Of a DNA stretch of 64,000 bases, positions 53,417-62,184 are shown in pieces. The notes below the pieces were generated by a model. It was given only the letters and a program-made list of their open reading frames with translations, did not search any database and was not told where the DNA came from. Source of the stretch: Pseudomonadota bacterium (lineage in GTDB: Bacteria; Pseudomonadota; Gammaproteobacteria; Pseudomonadales; Oleiphilaceae). Made by a program: the position numbers and the translations under genes. Location: assembly GCA_023430625.1 (NCBI GenBank), contig JAEZAA010000175.1, forward strand, positions 3,123 to 67,122. The letters run 5' to 3'. Each line of letters starts with the position of its first letter. Position 1 is the first letter of the stretch.

Positions 53417-53511
53417 GGCGACGCTCCGAAACAGTGCCGTTGCAAAAGTCGCCTATTCTACCCGCAGCGGCTCCTACATCCTAGGGGCGGCGGGCATGGA
53501 GTATCCGGGTT

Positions 53512-54441
53512 TTAGGAGGCGGACCGCTGCTGTTCCATGGCGGCCATTTGGCTGGGGCTTCGGCGCTCAAGCCGAAGTGTGGCGCGGCGGTTGCGGGCGC
53601 GGTTGGCTTCCGTCTTGTTATCCAGCACCGGGTAGCGCTCGCCATGGTAGCGGACCGTAATCATGTCCTCGCTGATGCCGGCATCCCGCAAATACTGGGC
53701 AACCCGCTCTGCCCGCTCCTTCGACAACTCGCGGTTGGTCAAGCGATGACCAAAGCTGTCGCTGTGACCGTCAATGACCAGGCTGTTGACCGATGGATCG
53801 GCCTTCACGTAGAGAATCACCTGTTCCAGGCGCTTACGGGCTGCGTCCGTCAGATACGTGTCATTGGCTTCGAACAGGAGCACGGAACGCTCCACCTGCT
53901 GGAAGTTCACCGGCAGCAGGCCGGCGACACAATCCAGATACTCATTGTAGGCCCGCACGAAGTTGATCGGAGATAGACGCACCTTGACCGTCTCATCGCC
54001 GTAGCGCGCCTGCCGGGTAAAGGTTGGTGCCATGCCCCGCAACAAGGTGTTCATCATCACCGAGGCCCGGCGAGTATCCACCGCCACCGGACGCGACTCT
54101 TCGCGGGAGGCGACGTAGCCCAGATCCTCAACCGGCGCGCCCGGACGCCAGGCGGGCGCCTCAATGACCAGGGCAGCCTGCCCCGCGCGCATACGCATGT
54201 GAGGAGCATCCAGGTAAAAACGCACTGGCTCGCCAGCGTCGCGCACGAATACGCCTCGCCCAAAATTCGGGATCTCGTGGGTCAGGCTACAGGAGAAAAT
54301 AGAGGACGTCAGATACCACTGGCTGTTTTCCAGTCCGGCACCAAAATGAGCACTGTCATAGCCGCCCGAGCCATAACCGCCGGAGCCATAGCTCGGTAGC
54401 CCGCCCAGGATGAGTAACAGGGCCAATCGCACAAATTTCAT
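53512..54441 (-). CDS. motY: OmpA-C-like flagellar stator-associated protein MotY
   Basis: Signal peptide, a MotY-type N-terminal domain, and a C-terminal OmpA-like peptidoglycan-binding motif (GHSDSFG...NRELSKERAERV...NRRATL). Synteny is argG-motY-pyrC, as recalled for Pseudomonas. Start trimmed to MKFVRLAL at 54441. Confidence 0.7.
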   Translation of the reverse strand: MKFVRLALLLILGGLPSYGSGGYGSGGYDSAHFGAGLENSQWYLTSSIFSCSLTHEIPNFGRGVFVRDAGEPVRFYLDAPHMRMRAGQAALVIEAPAWRPGAPVEDLGYVASREESRPVAVDTRRASVMMNTLLRGMAPTFTRQARYGDETVKVRLSPINFVRAYNEYLDCVAGLLPVNFQQVERSVLLFEANDTYLTDAARKRLEQVILYVKADPSVNSLVIDGHSDSFGHRLTNRELSKERAERVAQYLRDAGISEDMITVRYHGERYPVLDNKTEANRARNRRATLRLERRSPSQMAAMEQQRSAS

Positions 54442-54539
54442 TGGTATCAACCTGGCTGAACACGTCGCTTTCATGGATATCCTAAGAGGCTATATCGGCC
54501 GCCCTCTGGATTTCTTTACGCTGAAGGCAAAATTATTTC

Positions 54540-54548
54540 TGATATAAT
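54540..54548 (+). promoter_or_regulatory. Extended -10 element (TGATATAAT), candidate pyrC promoter
   Basis: A TGnTATAAT match about 130 bp upstream of the pyrC ATG. No good -35 is seen. Confidence 0.4.
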
Positions 54549-54677
54549 CCGCCCAACTCTGACTGGCTCGTCCAGGTTGATCGTTCAACCAGATTAACGG
54601 TTCTTCCAGATCCATTCGATTTCCACGTGGGGCCTGCTCTTATGGTTGCGGGCCTCGGGCAGAAGGCATTCATTCCC

Positions 54678-55709
54678 ATGACCGAACTCCAGATTACCCG
54701 CCCCGACGATTGGCATGTGCATTTACGTGATGGCGCCGCACTGGCCGACACTGTTCCCGCCACCGCGCGCTACTTTGGCCGGGCCATTATCATGCCGAAT
54801 CTGGTGCCACCCGCCATGACCACGGAGCAGGCATTGGGCTACCGCCAGCGCATTCTGCAACATGTCCCTCAGGGCCGTGCGTTCGACCCACTGATGACGC
54901 TCTACCTGACGGATCGCACCGATCCACTGGAAATCGAGCGGGCGCAGCAAAGCGGCCAAGTAGTGGCGTGCAAACTCTACCCTGCGGGGGCCACCACCAA
55001 CTCGGATTCAGGTGTGACCAGTCTGGAGAATGTGTATCCAGTGCTGGAAAAAATGGCCGAGGTGGGAATGCCGTTGCTGGTTCATGGCGAAGTCACCCAT
55101 GCCGAGGTGGACATTTTCGACCGGGAGAAAGTCTTCCTGGATCGCCAGCTACTCCCCCTCACCCAGCGCTTCCCCACTCTGCGGATTGTGCTGGAGCATA
55201 TCACCACCGCGGATGCGGCCAGTTTTGTGCGAGAAGCCGGACCCAACGTGGCGGCCACCATGACCGTCCAGCACCTGATGTTCAACCGCAACCACATGCT
55301 CGCCGGCGGCATGCGTCCGCACTTCTACTGCCTGCCCATCCTCAAGCGCAACACCCATCAGCAGGCCCTGCGGGATGTGGCCATCAGCGGCAATCCCAAG
55401 TTTTTCCTTGGCACCGACTCCGCCCCTCACGCCCGTGGCGCGAAAGAATCCGCCTGCGGCTGCGCTGGCTGCTTCACCGCGCCGGCAGCGCTGGAACTCT
55501 ATGCCGAAGTATTCGAGGAGTTGGGCGCGCTGGACCGCCTGGAAGGCTTTGCCAGCCACTACGGCCCCGACTTTTATCGCTTGCCACGCAATCCCGACCG
55601 CATCACACTGATCAAGGATGACTGGACCTTGCCGGAGGAATACCAATTCGGCGCGTCGACCATTGTCCCCTTGCGTGCTGGCACGGTCGTACGCTGGAAG
55701 GTGCTTTGA
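54678..55709 (+). CDS. pyrC: Dihydroorotase (class II, homodimeric type)
   Basis: [10 protein letters not shown] metal-binding motif, [11 protein letters not shown] (carboxylated Lys), and GTDSAPH. Start trimmed to MTELQITRP at 54678. Confidence 0.93.
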   Translation: MTELQITRPDDWHVHLRDGAALADTVPATARYFGRAIIMPNLVPPAMTTEQALGYRQRILQHVPQGRAFDPLMTLYLTDRTDPLEIERAQQSGQVVACKLYPAGATTNSDSGVTSLENVYPVLEKMAEVGMPLLVHGEVTHAEVDIFDREKVFLDRQLLPLTQRFPTLRIVLEHITTADAASFVREAGPNVAATMTVQHLMFNRNHMLAGGMRPHFYCLPILKRNTHQQALRDVAISGNPKFFLGTDSAPHARGAKESACGCAGCFTAPAALELYAEVFEELGALDRLEGFASHYGPDFYRLPRNPDRITLIKDDWTLPEEYQFGASTIVPLRAGTVVRWKVL

Positions 55710-55793
55710 GCACTGGAGTGTTTTGAACAACGAACCAACAGCTCACCATAATGAGCCTGCTCCCTCTCACCGAATGCCTTAAGGAAACTTGCC

Positions 55794-56456
55794 GTGAAGG
55801 ACGTTGACGACATCATGATGGAAAAGTCCCGCCTGGCACGCCGCTTTCGGGGCTTTCTGCCCGTGGTGGTGGATGTGGAGACTGCGGGTTTCAATCCCAA
55901 GACCGATGCGCTGCTGGAAATTGCCGCCGTCATCATCGACATGGATGATGACGGCTACCTCTATCCGAAAACCAGCATCTGCCATCATGTGGAACCCTTC
56001 CCCGGCGCCAACCTGGAGCCGGCGGCCCTGGAGTTCAACGGCATCGATCCGGACAACCCGCTGCGCGGCGCCATTCCCGAAACCGAGGCCCTGGCCGAGA
56101 TCTTTCGCCCGGTACGTCAGGAAATCCGCGAGCATGGCTGCAATCGCGCGATCCTGGTCGGCCACAATGCCACCTTTGACCATGCCTTTCTGTTCGCCGC
56201 CGCGGAACGCGCCAACATCAAACGCAATCCATTTCACCCCTTCTCCACCTTCGACACGGCTGCATTGGCGGGCCTGGCCTACGGCCACACCGTGCTCGCC
56301 AAGGCCTGTCAACTGGCGGGTATCGAGTTCAGCAGCCGAGAGGCACATTCAGCGCTGTATGACACGAAAAAGACAGCCGAACTCTTCTGCCTGATCGTCA
56401 ATCGCTGGAAAGATCTGGGCGGCTGGGTGGATAACGAGCCGGACGAGCTGCTTTAA
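55794..56456 (+). CDS. rnt: Ribonuclease T
   Basis: DEDDh motifs [22 protein letters not shown] and [17 protein letters not shown] start at 55794 with an AAGGA SD 8 nt upstream. An alternative ATG is at 55815. Confidence 0.9.
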   Translation: MKDVDDIMMEKSRLARRFRGFLPVVVDVETAGFNPKTDALLEIAAVIIDMDDDGYLYPKTSICHHVEPFPGANLEPAALEFNGIDPDNPLRGAIPETEALAEIFRPVRQEIREHGCNRAILVGHNATFDHAFLFAAAERANIKRNPFHPFSTFDTAALAGLAYGHTVLAKACQLAGIEFSSREAHSALYDTKKTAELFCLIVNRWKDLGGWVDNEPDELL

Positions 56457-56575
56457 AAAACCTTCTGCCATGACTGGGCGGCGCGCTTGCGCTGCCTGTT
56501 TAGCCTCCCCAGCCCACTCATCATTCTCGAAATAAAGAACCTAAACCATCCTGCAGAACTGGCAAACAAATCTTT

Positions 56576-56604
56576 TTGACAATCATTATCATTAAGATTA
56601 AAGT
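56576..56604 (+). promoter_or_regulatory. bfd promoter overlapped by a Fur box
   Basis: TTGACA-N17-TAAAGT. The segment GACAATCATTATCATTAAG (56578-56596) resembles the GATAATGATAATCATTATC Fur consensus. Confidence 0.7.
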
Positions 56605-56650
56605 TCCTTTCAGACACTCCTGATCAAGTATTCACCGTTGGAGGCTGAGC

Positions 56651-56857
56651 ATGCTGGTCTGTATCTGTAACGGCATTTCCGATTCTGAAATCAAGAAGAC
56701 CCTGCAGGAAGGTGCCGCCAGTTTCGAAGAAGTACATGCCCGTCTGGGTGTCGCCGGTTGCTGTGGCGAATGTGAATGTTATGCCCGCGAACTTGTTCAG
56801 GAGAATCTCTCGGCCGCGGCCAATCAGGCTACCCATCTGGCCAAGTCTGCGGCTTAA
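56651..56857 (+). CDS. bfd: Bacterioferritin-associated ferredoxin (2Fe-2S BFD-like)
   Basis: The MLVCICNG...CCGEC four-Cys pattern in a 68-aa protein just upstream of bfr. Confidence 0.85.
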   Translation: MLVCICNGISDSEIKKTLQEGAASFEEVHARLGVAGCCGECECYARELVQENLSAAANQATHLAKSAA

Positions 56858-57134
56858 TCGGTTTCTCATCAGGCTCTGACTGCTTTTTGGTCCGCCTAAA
56901 GATTTTGGGTCCGTCCATCATGGAGACGGACCTGCCCTCACCTTCAAACCCACTGCCTCGAATGTGGCGTCGGTGTTTGCTTCTTAGTGTTTACTAAGTC
57001 ACAATTTCCTCCATGTTTCGGTTTGGCCCTGCGCTGTGGCTTGCATGCCTGCAACGTCGAATCCAGCCGCCAATGACATGCGCCCACTGCCCATGGGCGG
57101 TCGGAATCTAGATAGAAAAAGAGGAAGAATAATC

Positions 57135-57608
57135 GTGAAAGGCGATACCAAGGTCATTGAACACCTGAACCGCTGCCTCGGCAATGAACTCGTGGCCATC
57201 AACCAGTACTTCCTGCATGCGCGCATGTACAAGAATTGGGGGCTGAAGGAACTGGCCGAATACGAGTACAAGGAATCCATCGACGAGATGAAGCACGCCG
57301 ATAAGCTCATCGAGCGGATCCTGTTCCTGGATGGTCTGCCGAACCTGCAGAAACTGGGCAAGCTGTTTATTGGCGAAAACGTGCAGGAGTGCATTGAGTG
57401 CGACCTGCGCCTGGAAACCACCGTAGCGCTGCCTGCCCTGCGCGAAGGAATTGCCTATTGCGAGTCGGTTGCCGATTACGTGAGCCGGGATTTGCTCAAG
57501 GATATTCTTGAGTCCGAGGAAGAACACATCGATTGGCTGGAAACCCAGCTGAGCCTCATCGCCAGCGTCGGTATCCAGAACTACCTGCAGTCCAAGATGG
57601 GATCCTGA
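57135..57608 (+). CDS. bfr: Bacterioferritin
   Basis: The GTG start gives [26 protein letters not shown], the canonical Bfr N-terminus, with the heme Met and the ferroxidase ExxH pairs. A GAGGA SD lies 9 nt upstream. Confidence 0.92.
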   Translation: MKGDTKVIEHLNRCLGNELVAINQYFLHARMYKNWGLKELAEYEYKESIDEMKHADKLIERILFLDGLPNLQKLGKLFIGENVQECIECDLRLETTVALPALREGIAYCESVADYVSRDLLKDILESEEEHIDWLETQLSLIASVGIQNYLQSKMGS

Positions 57609-57632
57609 TTCAGCCCCAGACTGCCAGAGACG

Positions 57633-57663
57633 CCGCGGAGGGCCCTATTGGGCTACTCCGCGG
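57633..57663. terminator. Hairpin between convergent bfr and reductase genes
   Basis: CCGCGGAG ... CTCCGCGG is an 8-bp stem around an inner imperfect stem. The T-tail is weak. Confidence 0.45.
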
Positions 57664-57680
57664 ACTCTTGGGTTTAAAGC

Positions 57681-59666
57681 TTACCAGTGAATACCGCGCA
57701 TGATCGCCGCAAAGGCCATCTGCTCGCCAGTCACCTTCGGCTTCTTGCCTGTCTCCTCACCGACCGCCGCCGGCGAATCCGGGAACATCTTGTAACCCGC
57801 ATTCATGATCACCTCGCCGATCTTCGGCGCGACCGCATGCACAACCTGGGCGAACCGGCCGAGACGTGTCGCAATCCGCTTGGGACGATGAATGATCGCC
57901 TCCGCCACCAGATCCGCCGCTTGCTCCGGCGTCAGCGTCGGAACCGACTCGTACAGCTTGGTGGGGCTGATCATCGGCGTGCGAACCAACGGCATGTTAA
58001 TCGTGGTGAAGGTCACGTTCTGGTCGGACCACTCCGCTGCCGCACAGCGAGAGAAGGCTTCCAGTGCAGCTTTCGAGGCGACGTAGGCCGAGAAACGCGG
58101 CGCGTTGGTCAGCACGCCAATGGATGAGATATTGACCACGTGCCCACGCTTGCGCTCCAGCATGCAGGGCGCAAAGCCCATGGTTAACCGCAGGGCGCCG
58201 AAATAGTTCAACTGCATGGTCCGTTCGAAGTCGTGGAAGCGGTCGAACGAATGCACCAGCGAGCGTCGGATTGAGCGGCCGGCGTTGTTGATCAGGTAAT
58301 CGCAGCAGCCATGATCTTCCAGCACCTGCTGCACGAAGCGGTCGCAATCCGCCATGTCAGACAAGTCGCACTGATAGGCATAGGCCTCACCGCCGAGTTC
58401 CTGGATCTCGGCAACCGTGGCATCCAACTCTTCCCGGGAACGGGCATTGATCACTACTTTCGCACCCGCCTGAGCGAGCATCAGCGCCGTGGCTTTGCCG
58501 ATACCGGAGGTGCCGCCGGTGACGACGCACACGCGCCCTTCCACCGAACCTCGCAGCGAGCGGTCTTTGTGGACATCCGGATCCAGGTTCCGCTCCCAGT
58601 AATCCCAGATGGCTGGCGCGTATTTCGGCAGACGCGGCACCTCAATGCCCGTACCCTGGAGGCAGCGCTCCGTTTCCCGGGAATCAAAGCGTGTGGGATA
58701 GTTGATGAAATCCAGCGCCGAGCGCGGGATTCCCAGGTCATCCAACACCGTATCGATTACCCGCTGAACCGGAGTCAGCGCGGAGATGCCCTGGCGAATC
58801 ATGGGTGGAATGAATGCCGCCATGCGGGTATCGATGCGCATGGCTGCGCACGGCGCATGTGCGGCCTCGGCAAAAATGTTCAGCACTTCACCAGCCTTAT
58901 AAGGCTTGGGATCGGTCAGATGGAAACACTTGCCGTCTTCATTGGGAAGGTGCGCGATGTGATCAAGGGCCGCAACCACGAAGTCCACCGGCACGATGTT
59001 GATGCGTCCACCCTCCACGCCGATGACCGGCATCCACTGGGGCAGTGCCTGACGGATCTTCTGAATCAGCTTGAAGAAGTAGTAAGGACCATCGATCTTG
59101 TCCATCTCGCCGGTCTTGGAGTGACCGACCACCATACCTGGGCGATAGATGCGCCAGGCCAGTTTGCACTCGTTGCGAACGACCTTCTCGGACTCGTGCT
59201 TGGTGCGCAGGTAGGGGTTCTTGAGAGCACCTGCCTCCTCGAACATGTCCTCACGGAACACGCCCTTGTACAGGCCGGCTGCGGCAATGGAGCTGATGTG
59301 GTGAAAGCGCTTGGCGGCAATGGCCGTCGCCAGCTTGACCGCGTGCCGAGTCCCTTCGACATTGGCCAATTCCTGGCTTTCTACGGACGCCGTCATGTCA
59401 TAGACAGCCGCCAAGTGAATGAAGTGATCAACCTTGCCTTTCAGTAGGCCGATATCCTCATCGGATACGCCCAGATTGGGTAGCGCAAGGTCGCCAACGA
59501 CACCGGTGACCTGGTCGGGGCGCGCGTCCCAGAGTGTACGCAGTTCATCCAATTTCGGCAGCGACGCTTCGCGAACCAACAGGTAAACCGTGCCGCCTCG
59601 CTTCAGTAGCTTCGGGACCAAGAAACGGCCAATAAACCCCGTTCCGCCGGTAATGAAGTAGTTCAT
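57681..59666 (-). CDS. Two-domain fatty acyl-CoA/fatty aldehyde reductase (N-terminal NAD-binding 'male sterility' domain plus C-terminal SDR domain)
   Basis: N-terminal ITGGTGFIGRFL Rossmann motif. Second Rossmann motif VTGGTSGIGKA, with a YVASKAAL SDR catalytic motif in the C-terminal half. Size and architecture recall the ~660-aa Marinobacter wax-ester reductase. Start at 59666 (MNYFITGG) or 59672. Confidence 0.8.
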   Translation of the reverse strand: MNYFITGGTGFIGRFLVPKLLKRGGTVYLLVREASLPKLDELRTLWDARPDQVTGVVGDLALPNLGVSDEDIGLLKGKVDHFIHLAAVYDMTASVESQELANVEGTRHAVKLATAIAAKRFHHISSIAAAGLYKGVFREDMFEEAGALKNPYLRTKHESEKVVRNECKLAWRIYRPGMVVGHSKTGEMDKIDGPYYFFKLIQKIRQALPQWMPVIGVEGGRINIVPVDFVVAALDHIAHLPNEDGKCFHLTDPKPYKAGEVLNIFAEAAHAPCAAMRIDTRMAAFIPPMIRQGISALTPVQRVIDTVLDDLGIPRSALDFINYPTRFDSRETERCLQGTGIEVPRLPKYAPAIWDYWERNLDPDVHKDRSLRGSVEGRVCVVTGGTSGIGKATALMLAQAGAKVVINARSREELDATVAEIQELGGEAYAYQCDLSDMADCDRFVQQVLEDHGCCDYLINNAGRSIRRSLVHSFDRFHDFERTMQLNYFGALRLTMGFAPCMLERKRGHVVNISSIGVLTNAPRFSAYVASKAALEAFSRCAAAEWSDQNVTFTTINMPLVRTPMISPTKLYESVPTLTPEQAADLVAEAIIHRPKRIATRLGRFAQVVHAVAPKIGEVIMNAGYKMFPDSPAAVGEETGKKPKVTGEQMAFAAIMRGIHW

Positions 59667-59802
59667 AAACATTCCATCCTGGTTTTATGTTTTCGAACGC
59701 ACCTGAGAAAGGTGTACTCAGAGTTGTGCCCCAGTCGCAAGGGTGACAGTGAGCACATGCGCGCACTTTAGCGCCAAGAATCACGCAAGTCATTGACTTT
59801 AT

Positions 59803-59899
59803 TAGAGCAAAAACTCAAAACCACGTATTTACAAGGGTTTATAAAATTGGAGTTTTTGCTCCAGAGCCGCCTGGAGCGATAGAGCAATTGCTCAAAACC
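59803..59899. promoter_or_regulatory. Three copies of a 12-bp operator-like motif GAGCAA(AA/TT)(A/G)CTC
   Basis: TAGAGCAAAAACTCAAAACC (59803-59822) and TAGAGCAATTGCTCAAAACC (59880-59899) are 17/20 identical. GAGTTTTTGCTC (59850-59861) is the exact reverse complement of the first core. Confidence 0.55.
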
Positions 59900-59943
59900 T
59901 ATACGGGTCAACTTGCCTGTAGGCCACAGGCTTTGGAGGGCAC

Positions 59944-59974
59944 ATAAAACGAGGCGCCTGCACGGGCAGGCGCC
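59944..59974 (-). terminator. Hairpin downstream of the brnA-like gene
   Basis: GGCGCCTGC-ACGG-GCAGGCGCC is a 9-bp stem. The minus strand continues TCGTTTTA. Confidence 0.5.
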
Positions 59975-60085
59975 AAAATTAGTTCAGGAGAACAATGACA
60001 GGAGGACAAGACTGGAAAACAGGCAATGGATGAGACGAGATCATCTTCGCCGACGGAAGACACCCATCAATTGCATCCTTCCACA

Positions 60086-60388
60086 CTACAACTTCTGGTT
60101 TTCATAATCGCTGGCATAGGTACGCAGGGCATCATTAATCAACTGGCAAAAGCTGCCGCGATTCTTCAGGACAAACGCCCGGGATTTGAACCAGGCCAAC
60201 ACATCCTCATCGAGCCTGATCTGCACCTGAATCTTGTCGACTGGCCCGACCGGTTCGGCAACCGGGGGAATCTGACACAAGTGCATCAAGGGTTCATCGT
60301 CCAATACGGGGGTCTCAAAGATAAAGCTCACATCTTCCGGAACTCTGCTGCTGGCGTGCATAGCGGCTTTTCTCCCTAAAGGCATCAT
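60086..60388 (-). CDS. brnA: BrnA-family antitoxin (ribbon-helix-helix, type II TA)
   Basis: C-terminal IRLDEDVLAWFKS...LINDALRTYA matches the RLDxDVLxWFK...INxxLRxY signature of BrnA antitoxins. ETPVLDDEPL resembles the DIPELDDEF segment. I prefer the start at 60388 (MMPLGRK). The ORF stays open up to a TTG at 60493. Confidence 0.7.
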   Translation of the reverse strand: MMPLGRKAAMHASSRVPEDVSFIFETPVLDDEPLMHLCQIPPVAEPVGPVDKIQVQIRLDEDVLAWFKSRAFVLKNRGSFCQLINDALRTYASDYENQKL

Positions 60389-60444
60389 GAGTAACGACTG
60401 GGTTGAGCGAAGGCACAAAACCTTGCACCTCCCCTGACTTAGTC

Positions 60445-60645
60445 TCAGCAAAGTGCGGGCCAATCGAGAAAGATGTTGGGATACGGGGTGCAACCGGCCA
60501 GGCGCGCCGCTTTCGAGCGAGCCGAAGCAACTAATGACGCCGGGGGGATTCTCAGAAGCGTGGGTGAATTTGCACAGAATGAGGGAAACGCCGCACCAAG
60601 GCAGTGCTTGTAGCCGTCTTGCCGGGCAGGATCACGCGTGGCCAC
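60445..60645 (-). pseudogene. Possible decayed brnT (DUF497) toxin remnant
   Basis: In this 66-aa ORF, DPARQDGYKH resembles the WDxxKxxxNxxKHG start of BrnT, and LVASARSKAARL resembles the C-terminal IISARKAxxxE. The ~60 aa normally between them are reduced to ~28. The similarity is weak and judged by eye only. Confidence 0.3.
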
Positions 60646-60675
60646 ATCCGTGATCCACGCGCTCTGGCAGTCGTC

Positions 60676-61422
60676 TTAGTACAAGTGCAAACCACCGTTG
60701 ATCGACAGGTTAGAGCCGGTGATGTAGCCCGACTTCTCATCTGCCAGAAACCCAACGACACGCGCGATTTCCGAGGGCTCGGCCAAGCGCCTCACGGGAA
60801 TGGGCGAAACAATTTTATCGATGATTGCCGGGTCCATCTGCAGCAGCATTTTGGTCGCGATGGCGCCCGGCGAGACGGTATTGACGGTAATGCCCTTAGC
60901 CGCGACCTCTAGCGCCAGCGATTTGGTAAAGCCATGAATGCCCGCCTTGGAGGCCGCATAATTGACCTGTCCGAACTGGCCACGCTGCCCGTTCACAGAG
61001 GAAATATTAATGATGCGGCCGTAGCCTTGCTCGAGCATGCCATCCAGAAACTGCTTGGTGACATTGAACATGCCATCAAGGTTGGTCCGCAACACATCAT
61101 TCCATTGCTCATAGCGCATTTTCTTCATGGCGGCATCGCGGGTCACGCCCGCATTGTTCACCAGGACTGAAACCGTTCCGTACTGGGTCTGAATCGCCTC
61201 GGCAGCAGCTCGGCAGGATTCATAACTGGCAATATCCATGTGCACCAGCCCAATGTTACGGCCCTGTTCACGCTGCCCAGCCTGCCACAACTCCGCATCC
61301 GCCTGCTTTTCCTTTCGGCTATAGGTCGCCACCACCTGATAACCCGAATCTGTCATCAACTCACAAACAGCCGTACCGAGACCGCCGGTTCCTCCGGTCA
61401 CGAGTGCAATGCGCTGGCTCAT
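60676..61422 (-). CDS. phbB: Acetoacetyl-CoA reductase / 3-oxoacyl reductase (PhaB-type SDR)
   Basis: VTGGTGGLG Rossmann motif and NISSVNGQRGQFGQVNYAASKAG, which is very close to the PhaB catalytic region. Start trimmed to MSQRIALV with a GGAGA SD. Confidence 0.85.
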   Translation of the reverse strand: MSQRIALVTGGTGGLGTAVCELMTDSGYQVVATYSRKEKQADAELWQAGQREQGRNIGLVHMDIASYESCRAAAEAIQTQYGTVSVLVNNAGVTRDAAMKKMRYEQWNDVLRTNLDGMFNVTKQFLDGMLEQGYGRIINISSVNGQRGQFGQVNYAASKAGIHGFTKSLALEVAAKGITVNTVSPGAIATKMLLQMDPAIIDKIVSPIPVRRLAEPSEIARVVGFLADEKSGYITGSNLSINGGLHLY

Positions 61423-61628
61423 CTTGTTATTCTCCTGCCTGCTTCTGGATTGTAGCCTTGGCTCCAATTCTAACAGGCCGGATATTGCGAATTGTGACTC
61501 CGCGCAAGAATCCCGTCTTGCCGATGCACCTCTTACGTCAGGCTGGGAACCAGCCCACAGTAGCGAAACAGGCCACCTCCCCTGTGGTATGATGGCAGCT
61601 GACTTTTCAGCTCAAGTGACCGCCTATC

Positions 61629-61919
61629 ATGACCAAAGATGAACGCTATAGTCGTATCGCCAAAGCCTGCCTGCGAGCGATCAATCAGACCTCCACCAAT
61701 GCCGAAGACCGTGCCGACGATATTCGCCGTGTATACGAGGCCATCGACGCTGCCTTTCACCAGGAAATACTTGGGCTTGAGCAGGAACTGGAGCTGGCGC
61801 GCGCCAGCTTGCAGCATATTGCCGAGCTGGATCAGAATACGCTGCACAAGGCGCCGAAGCTGGCGTCAGACGCGCTGGCGCAACTGACGGATTGGGGTGG
61901 AGACGAAGCCAAGCACTGA
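61629..61919 (+). CDS. Hypothetical helical protein (96 aa)
   Basis: Preceded by an extended -10 TGGTATGAT (61585-61593). The product is predicted helical and charged. A competing antisense ORF (61533-61847) has poorer composition. Confidence 0.45.
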   Translation: MTKDERYSRIAKACLRAINQTSTNAEDRADDIRRVYEAIDAAFHQEILGLEQELELARASLQHIAELDQNTLHKAPKLASDALAQLTDWGGDEAKH

Positions 61920-62184
61920 GTCTTCCGCAATTACCACTCGGGGCTGAACCGCGCTCGATGCAGGTACGGCCCTGCGCTGAGATGGGACGTCCAGCGCAAA
62001 GCCCTCCTCCAGCCCCGAGAACCAATCCTCCAGTTTGCAGTCTGAGTAAATCGACCTTAACGTTCCAAACGGTTAGCGCCGCGTATCATCTTTCCCCTGG
62101 CGCCCGGAACAGATTGTCCCAGGACGCCAAGGACACAGATCGCCATCCAGGATTTTCGAAAAAGGAGAATTGAGCTTGAATGCG

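Noticed and set aside
60026-60379. 117-aa + strand ORF
   Set aside because: It is antisense to the brnA-like gene, which has a family signature. This ORF has none.
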